Under the pieces are notes generated by a model. That model was not told the origin of the DNA. It did not search any database and worked only from the letters and a program-made list of their open reading frames with translations. Position numbers and translations under genes: made by a program. Positions 58,467-64,000 of a DNA stretch of 64,000 bases are shown here, piece after piece; within the stretch, counting starts at the first letter, position 1; the number at the start of each line of letters is the position of its first letter. The stretch lies in the NCBI GenBank assembly GCA_963719505.1, contig CAVRCF010000005.1:576001-640000 (forward strand). The letters run 5' to 3'. Origin of the DNA: Halobacteriovoraceae bacterium. Lineage in GTDB: Bacteria > Bdellovibrionota > Bacteriovoracia > Bacteriovoracales > Bacteriovoracaceae.

Positions 58467-60092
58467 GTGGACAATAATTCAAAAAATAGTCTTATCCCCC
58501 TTCTTATTCAAAAACCTGAAAATCTAAAAAATGATATATTGTCGGGACTAACAGTTGCTCTTGCACTGATACCTGAAGCCATCGCATTCTCATTTGTTGC
58601 CGGAGTCTCTCCGAAAGTTGGTCTCTATGCGGCTTTTATGATGGGACTTATTACGGCCATCTTTGGTGGACGCCCAGGAATGATCTCTGGGGCCACAGGT
58701 GCTGTTGCTGTTATCTTCACCCCTTTGGTTGCAAAAATCATGACTGAGTCTCAATCAAATGGTTTAACATTTGATCAAGGCATGGATATGGCTTTGGGAT
58801 ACCTCTTTGCTGCCGTTATCTTAATGGGTATTATTCAAATTCTTTTTGGTGTTTTTAAACTTGGAAAATTTATTCGTCTCGTTCCCCATCCGGTTATGCT
58901 CGGCTTTGTAAACGGGCTTGCTATTATAATCTTTAAAGCCCAATTTTCTCAGTTTACTAGTGGAGGAGACATTCTTCCAACAAATCAACTGATGGTTATG
59001 TTTGCTTTAATCGCTCTTACAATGGGCATAAGTGTCTTTTTACCAAAGCTTACAAAAGCTGTACCAGCGACTTTAGCTGGAATCGTTATCGTCTCCATTA
59101 TTGGCTACTTTGTTAATCAATCAAGTCCAGGTCTTGTGAGAACAGTTCTCGATTTTGTTAAGGATATGGACCCCAATATTACTACAATTAAAGCGGGCTT
59201 TCCGACTTTTGCTCTTCCCCAGTTTCCTATGACAATGGAAGCTCTTAACTTTATTCTCCCTTTTGCTGTCATCGCAGCCGCTGTTGGTCTCATTGAATCT
59301 CTTATGACGTTAACACTCGTTGATGAGCTGACAGAGACCAGAGGGAAAGGAAATAAGGAGTGTATCGGTCAAGGTGTGGCCAATGTCGTCAATGGTTTTT
59401 TTGGTGGAATGGGTGGATGTGCCATGATTGGTCAATCCATAATCAATATTCGTGGTGGTGGAAGAGGAAGGACTTCAGGTATTACTGCGGCAGTTGCTCT
59501 TTTAGCTTTTATTATTTTTGGCTCATTCCTAATCGAAATGATCCCTCTTGCCGCATTGGTTGGAGTCATGTTCATGGTTGTTATCGGAACCTTCGAATGG
59601 TCAAGCCTTCGCCTATTTAACAAGATCCCTAAAGCAGATATCTTTGTCGTTATACTCGTCTCCACAGTTACCGTCTTTTTTGACCTGGCCATTGCCGTTA
59701 TCGTTGGGATTATTGTCTCTGCTTTGGTCTTTGCCTGGGAACATGGAAAATCTATCAAGGTAGAGATAACAGAGAGTAAGGGAGCAAAATATTATAAACT
59801 TCACGGTCCCCTATTTTTTAGTTCAGTCACCTCTTTTAAAGATCTGTTTGATTTCAAAAAAGATCCAGAACATATCTACATCGACTTTGAAGATTCTAAA
59901 ATTTGGGATCACTCTGGAATTGAGGCTCTTCAAAATATCACTGAGAGATACGCTCAAAATGATAAGAAGCTTCACCTTTTAAATGTTAATCCAGACTGCA
60001 AGCTGCTTCTTGAAAAGGCATCAAATATTGTTGAATTAAAAGTTGTAGACCACGCAGAATACCATATTGCAGATGATGCGCTAGATAGTTAG
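58467..60092 (+). CDS. SulP-family anion transporter with C-terminal STAS domain
   Basis: GLTVALALIPEAIAF, GGRPGMISGATGA, GGMGGCAMIGQS, GPLFF, WDHSG. Confidence 0.93.
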   Translation: MDNNSKNSLIPLLIQKPENLKNDILSGLTVALALIPEAIAFSFVAGVSPKVGLYAAFMMGLITAIFGGRPGMISGATGAVAVIFTPLVAKIMTESQSNGLTFDQGMDMALGYLFAAVILMGIIQILFGVFKLGKFIRLVPHPVMLGFVNGLAIIIFKAQFSQFTSGGDILPTNQLMVMFALIALTMGISVFLPKLTKAVPATLAGIVIVSIIGYFVNQSSPGLVRTVLDFVKDMDPNITTIKAGFPTFALPQFPMTMEALNFILPFAVIAAAVGLIESLMTLTLVDELTETRGKGNKECIGQGVANVVNGFFGGMGGCAMIGQSIINIRGGGRGRTSGITAAVALLAFIIFGSFLIEMIPLAALVGVMFMVVIGTFEWSSLRLFNKIPKADIFVVILVSTVTVFFDLAIAVIVGIIVSALVFAWEHGKSIKVEITESKGAKYYKLHGPLFFSSVTSFKDLFDFKKDPEHIYIDFEDSKIWDHSGIEALQNITERYAQNDKKLHLLNVNPDCKLLLEKASNIVELKVVDHAEYHIADDALDS

Positions 60093-60093
60093 T

Positions 60094-62293
60094 TTAAACT
60101 TTAAGGTGCATAAGTGATACAGTATTATCATCACTAAAGGCACCACCAGTACCTCCTCCACCGAATGGCACATGGAGAGGAAACTGTACTTTTCGCATAA
60201 GCTTTTAGCTGATATTCATCAAGAAGATCATCTGTCGGTTGACAGTGACTTTACCATTTAGTAAATCGAAGTCCCCTCGTGAGTTGAAAAGTGTAATTAA
60301 ATGAGTCAGTTCTCAGTAATTACATCTTTTCCAAGGTCGACTTCAAGATTCTTTACAAGCGTCTCACCTTCAAAAACAATGATATTTCATCGTGAATAAG
60401 GTAGAGACGATCTTCGTCATTGTAGGTGTAGGAGTTCTTATAAATATTTATCATATCTTAATCTACCACCATGATTTGATTAATTTCAATCTAATATGAA
60501 GTGACTTCAACAGAAAGTTATTGGTAAGCCTTATTCGACTTGCTCAGTGCAAGTTCAGAACAAGGAATTTAACTTCATATTTCGGCTATAAACTATGTAT
60601 ATCGAAAAAAGACTATTAAAGACTATTTATGGCCATACACCAATTTTTTGTCGGCAGTAAGTTGAAGCCAGAAGAGATTAAGGTATCCTTTCTGTTAGCT
60701 TTGGAAAAGTTTTTGTAACTTGTCGCTTTGATATCATAGCTGTGGATACTGCTATTTTTGTAATGGTGTAATTGATTCTAAAAACTGATAGCTTCCAACT
60801 GTGAAAAACGGTTTCTTACCGCCTTTTATTTACGAACAGATATTGAGGAATCAGGGAACAATGCTCTATTAAATGCGACAGATATCTTGTGAGACCTTGG
60901 ACGTTGAAAGGTTATGCTTTAAAGATGTCGCGAGGATTGATTGCAATGATTTCGAATTTCGAGGAATACTCTTCAGTCTTTCATATTTGAAATCTTTAAC
61001 TCCGAATCATTAGAAGTAACTGAATGTATTTTAATTCTGAATAAGCTTTATTTTGGTCTCGAAATTACAAATTATATGTAACCTGTATTGATGCTAATTC
61101 TGAAACTTTTGAGAAAACGCTTAAAGATTCACCTAAAAGTCCGGGGTAAGACCATGCAGAATTCGAAATACTCTTTTTATCTTCTCGCTTCGTCGACTTG
61201 AAAGTTTTCTTTTAGACATTGAACCCAAAGGTCACAGGAGTTTTACTTTTAAATTTGAATTATTTTTAGAGCAGACTCGATTACAGACGCAAAATGATTA
61301 GATAATTATAACAATCATTATGAGCAAGTACAAGACATCAGGATCTGTTGGAAACAGCTTCGATTAAGTGAATCTAAGTTAGGTCCCGCGAGAATCATCT
61401 AGGCACATGACATGGATGACAAAATGAAGATGAATTAACTTCAGGCTCCACAACCAACGTCTGACTATCAATAATTTTCCCACATATGAGGGCATTTTCT
61501 GCATTTAATGCTCCGTGTCGGAGTCCGTTTAAGAGACCAGAGGTTAGAGTGATTAAATGGGCATCAAGGAGGTTGTTCCGAGCACCATTAAAGTTTTTCT
61601 ACAATCGAGCAGAAAACTTTGTTAATGCTATCGTTAAACTTCAAGTTTAACTGTAGCATTACAAAGTCTCATTGATGTTCGTGCTCTAAAACAAAGATAA
61701 TCTTCTGTCCCTACTAATATTAGAAATTGCACATACTCTTTCAGCTCCTAAGAGGAAGAGAGAGGTTTAAAAGATTGCCATAAAAGAAATCCAGTAACAA
61801 TTCATTTAGAGTCGCTTTACCACTAGAATGAGCATAATCTAACCGCTGAGCATGTTTATTTCTTCCGGCGCCTTTTATATCAAGCCCCCTTAAAAATAAA
61901 TGTCTGAGGATCCCGAATTGGAAATTTCACACCCGACTGGAATCTTTCAGCTGGAGTATAGTCCCATTAAATGCTTCGTAGAAGACTCTTGTTCACTTTA
62001 TAAAAAGCTTTATCACTTGGATCTGAAACATAACTTAGGATTGTCAATAATTTATCTTTCTCAATATCGATAATTGCATTTAGTTGTTCTTTTGAAGCGG
62101 CATCATTATGGAGCTTGTCATAGACCTTTACGAAATTTCTGTATGGGCACATCCTTGGATCTTCTAAATTTTTATTTATAAATACGGCTGCTTCTATGAG
62201 ATAATCTTTTAAAGATTCATCATAGAAAACGACTTTAGTTTCTACTGATTTTACTTTTGTTGGAGAAAAGTGTGGATGATCAAAGTAGAACAT
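60094..62293 (-). pseudogene. SelO/YdiU (MchC-like) AMPylase pseudokinase, broken by many indels and stops; the 3' part may be a second gene
   Basis: Manual translation past the TAA at 61967 gives WDYTPAERF...GLDIKGAGRN...HSSGKATLNELLLD..YGNLL...LPLGAERV...GLRHGALNAENALICGKIIDSQT. Protein-like fragments continue to a TAA at 60094-60096. Confidence 0.75.
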
Positions 62294-63108
62294 TTTTAAT
62301 TGACCTTATCGTTGTTGCTAAAAGTATAAATTCTGAAGTACTCCAATTGCTATCTCACGCTGAAGGATACTTGAAAGAAGTCAGAGTTGACTCTAATATT
62401 ATCATCGTTCACCACCACAAACAAAAAAATATTGAAATACCCAGAGGTTTTTTAACTATTAGCACTCAAAGGCATTCGGCTGCTCGAAGTAGAAATTTAG
62501 CCTTGAAAGAAGTTAAAAATGAAGCTGTTATTTTTCTTGACGATGATACTCTTACAAATTCTGAATGGGCCAATAATATAAGAAGGTTTTTAGAAGCAAC
62601 CTTTATCGATATTGTATGTTTCAACACAGGCTCAGAAACGTCAACGTTTAATGTTTCTTCCCTTCAAAATGGTAGGCTTTTTAAAGCTGACACAGCCGGC
62701 ATGGGAATAAAAATATCATTATTCAAATCGGGTCTAAAATTTGATGAAACTTTTAAAAGAGCTGAAGATTGTGACCTTGTCACAACAGCCATAAGAATGG
62801 GATTTATCTGCTGGTTTTGTGAAACAAAAATTTTCGATAAAAATAAAGATGGATTTATAAAAAGATTGATTCTTAAAAGAAAAAATAATTTTTATATGAA
62901 AAGATTGTTCAATAAACATTTTTCAACAACGAAGAAAGTTAAAATGCTTAAGAAGAATTTTGTTTATTTATTTAAAGGACAGAAAATCCAAGGAAATATC
63001 TATATTTTGAATTCTGCTCTAGTCATTGACCAGGTTGAAAAGAAGTTCGATATGAGGTCTTATGATATTATTGAGAAAAATAATATTCGCATCATCACAG
63101 AAATTTAA
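62257..63108 (+). CDS. Glycosyltransferase family 2-like protein (start uncertain)
   Basis: IDLIVV, SAARSRNLAL, VIFLDDD (DxD), FDETFKRAEDCDL. Confidence 0.75.
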   Translation: MLEKSVDDQSRTFLIDLIVVAKSINSEVLQLLSHAEGYLKEVRVDSNIIIVHHHKQKNIEIPRGFLTISTQRHSAARSRNLALKEVKNEAVIFLDDDTLTNSEWANNIRRFLEATFIDIVCFNTGSETSTFNVSSLQNGRLFKADTAGMGIKISLFKSGLKFDETFKRAEDCDLVTTAIRMGFICWFCETKIFDKNKDGFIKRLILKRKNNFYMKRLFNKHFSTTKKVKMLKKNFVYLFKGQKIQGNIYILNSALVIDQVEKKFDMRSYDIIEKNNIRIITEI

Positions 63109-63142
63109 TGACCTCACACTGCATTTAAATTTAAATGAAGAT

Positions 63143-63685
63143 TTAAAAAGTAGAGTTGTATAAATTTAAATATATTGGCACTCTCGATAGAGTATTGCCA
63201 TGAGTTCCAACAGCTTGAAAGCTTCTCTCATATTCGAAATTGATCTCTTGCACGCGTCCACCAAAGAAACCACCATCTTCTTGAGGAGGAGGAGCACCAA
63301 AGCCACCACCTGATGGTGCAGGAGGCGCAGGATTTCCATAAGGATTTTGATTGTATGGATCTCGAGGAGCATAAGGATCTCTTGCAGGAGGGGCATACGG
63401 ATCGTACGCCGGCTCTGATGAAACGGGATTATTTCTCGAATTATGGGTATTTATAACGTAAGCCCCAAAGCCGATACCAGCGTATAGCCCCAAAGAAGCC
63501 CCTTGAGCAATGGCCCTAGAGTTATTTCCAAAGGCTAAGGTCGCAAAACCTAAAAGTGCACCGCCCACAGTTCCATAAGCCGTCATGATCATAAAAGCTT
63601 TAGCTTTTGGATCAAGAGCTTGCGCTTCTTTAACAGGAGTAATGAGGGAAAATAGTAAAACCAATGATATTAGTAACTTCTTCAT
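63143..63685 (-). CDS. Membrane protein with glycine-zipper TMs and a Pro-rich linker
   Basis: Signal peptide, AYGTVGGALLG, GASLGLYAGIGFG, DPYAP repeats. Confidence 0.75.
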   Translation of the reverse strand: MKKLLISLVLLFSLITPVKEAQALDPKAKAFMIMTAYGTVGGALLGFATLAFGNNSRAIAQGASLGLYAGIGFGAYVINTHNSRNNPVSSEPAYDPYAPPARDPYAPRDPYNQNPYGNPAPPAPSGGGFGAPPPQEDGGFFGGRVQEINFEYERSFQAVGTHGNTLSRVPIYLNLYNSTF

Positions 63686-63707
63686 GTAATTAAGGTTAAC
63701 GAGGCTC

Positions 63708-64000
63708 TTAGCCTTTGGCAATAATTTTGACGATAAATTTGACACGGGTTGGAATATTTAAAAGTGATTCAAGAAATTCCGCAGAGCGTCTAAGGCGCAA
63801 AGACTGTCCCCTTCTCGCCTGTACAACTCCAAGTTGAGAGGACTTAACTTCTATCAAGTTAAGAATTTTTTGATCTATAAATGAGATATCAATCTGTCCG
63901 CAGCCGTAGCGTCTGAGCATTGCACTTGAAATCAAGACGGGTATATTTTTTTTATGAAGGGATAAGCTTAGCTTTTTTTCATTTAACAAATTCTTTAACA
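63708..64000 (-). CDS. YraN/UPF0102-like PD-(D/E)xK protein, 5' end may lie outside the window
   Basis: GQIDI...LIEVKS...Q..RLRRSAEFL. Confidence 0.6.
   Translation of the reverse strand, partial: LKNLLNEKKLSLSLHKKNIPVLISSAMLRRYGCGQIDISFIDQKILNLIEVKSSQLGVVQARRGQSLRLRRSAEFLESLLNIPTRVKFIVKIIAKG

Noticed and set aside
1052-59804. Numerous 60-134 aa antisense or nested ORFs (e.g. 1052-1456, 19176-19511, 55693-56007, 59432-59758)
   Set aside because: They lie within well-supported genes and have the S/F/I/L-rich composition of shadow frames.
60093-61966. Giant ncRNA or ORF-less group II intron in the ORF-free gap
   Set aside because: Ordered SelO-family motifs on the minus strand explain the region as a broken CDS. 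The only domain-V-like stretch (AAGCTTATGCGAAAAGTACAGTTT) is too short and lacks the proper bulge.
60094-61969. Stop-codon reassignment or selenocysteine readthrough
   Set aside because: The interruptions include all three stop codons and many frame changes; other genes in the window use the standard code.
1-64000. CRISPR array, tRNA/rRNA, IS element or prophage
   Set aside because: No regularly spaced direct repeats, cloverleaf or rRNA signatures, transposase, integrase or phage structural motifs were seen by eye.

Overview
AT-rich, gene-dense chromosomal window, most likely from a predatory Bdellovibrionota (Bacteriovorax/Halobacteriovorax-like). The taxon is inferred from a Bd0055-type histone, a stand-alone spirochaete/delta-type EF-G, cdaA-cdaR-glmM-pdxJ-nnr-tsaE synteny and many orphan lipoproteins. 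Most genes are housekeeping (gsk, hppD, mltA, iscS, glmM, pdxJ, queF, fbaA, msrB, rapA, rsmI, SulP). No rRNA, tRNA, CRISPR array or transposase was seen. Highlights: (1) a ferrochelatase fused in frame to an MFS transporter; (2) a GNAT-LuxE-LuxC/acyl-CoA-ligase operon with no luciferase; (3) an unannotated ~80-nt RNA with GGA in three hairpin loops, resembling Csr/Rsm sRNAs; (4) a SelO/MchC-like AMPylase gene hidden in the apparently ORF-less 60.1-62.0 kb gap, head-to-head with a GT2 gene; (5) a bacterial histone; (6) a hairpin covering the cdaA ribosome-binding site that a sigma28-like promoter would bypass; (7) a PilZ-GAF-AAA+ regulator lacking GAFTGA. Two blocks (fusA, about 13.2-15.0 kb, and 60.1-62.0 kb) are riddled with indels and are probably sequencing or assembly errors. 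All family calls come from motif recognition by eye; no searches were run.
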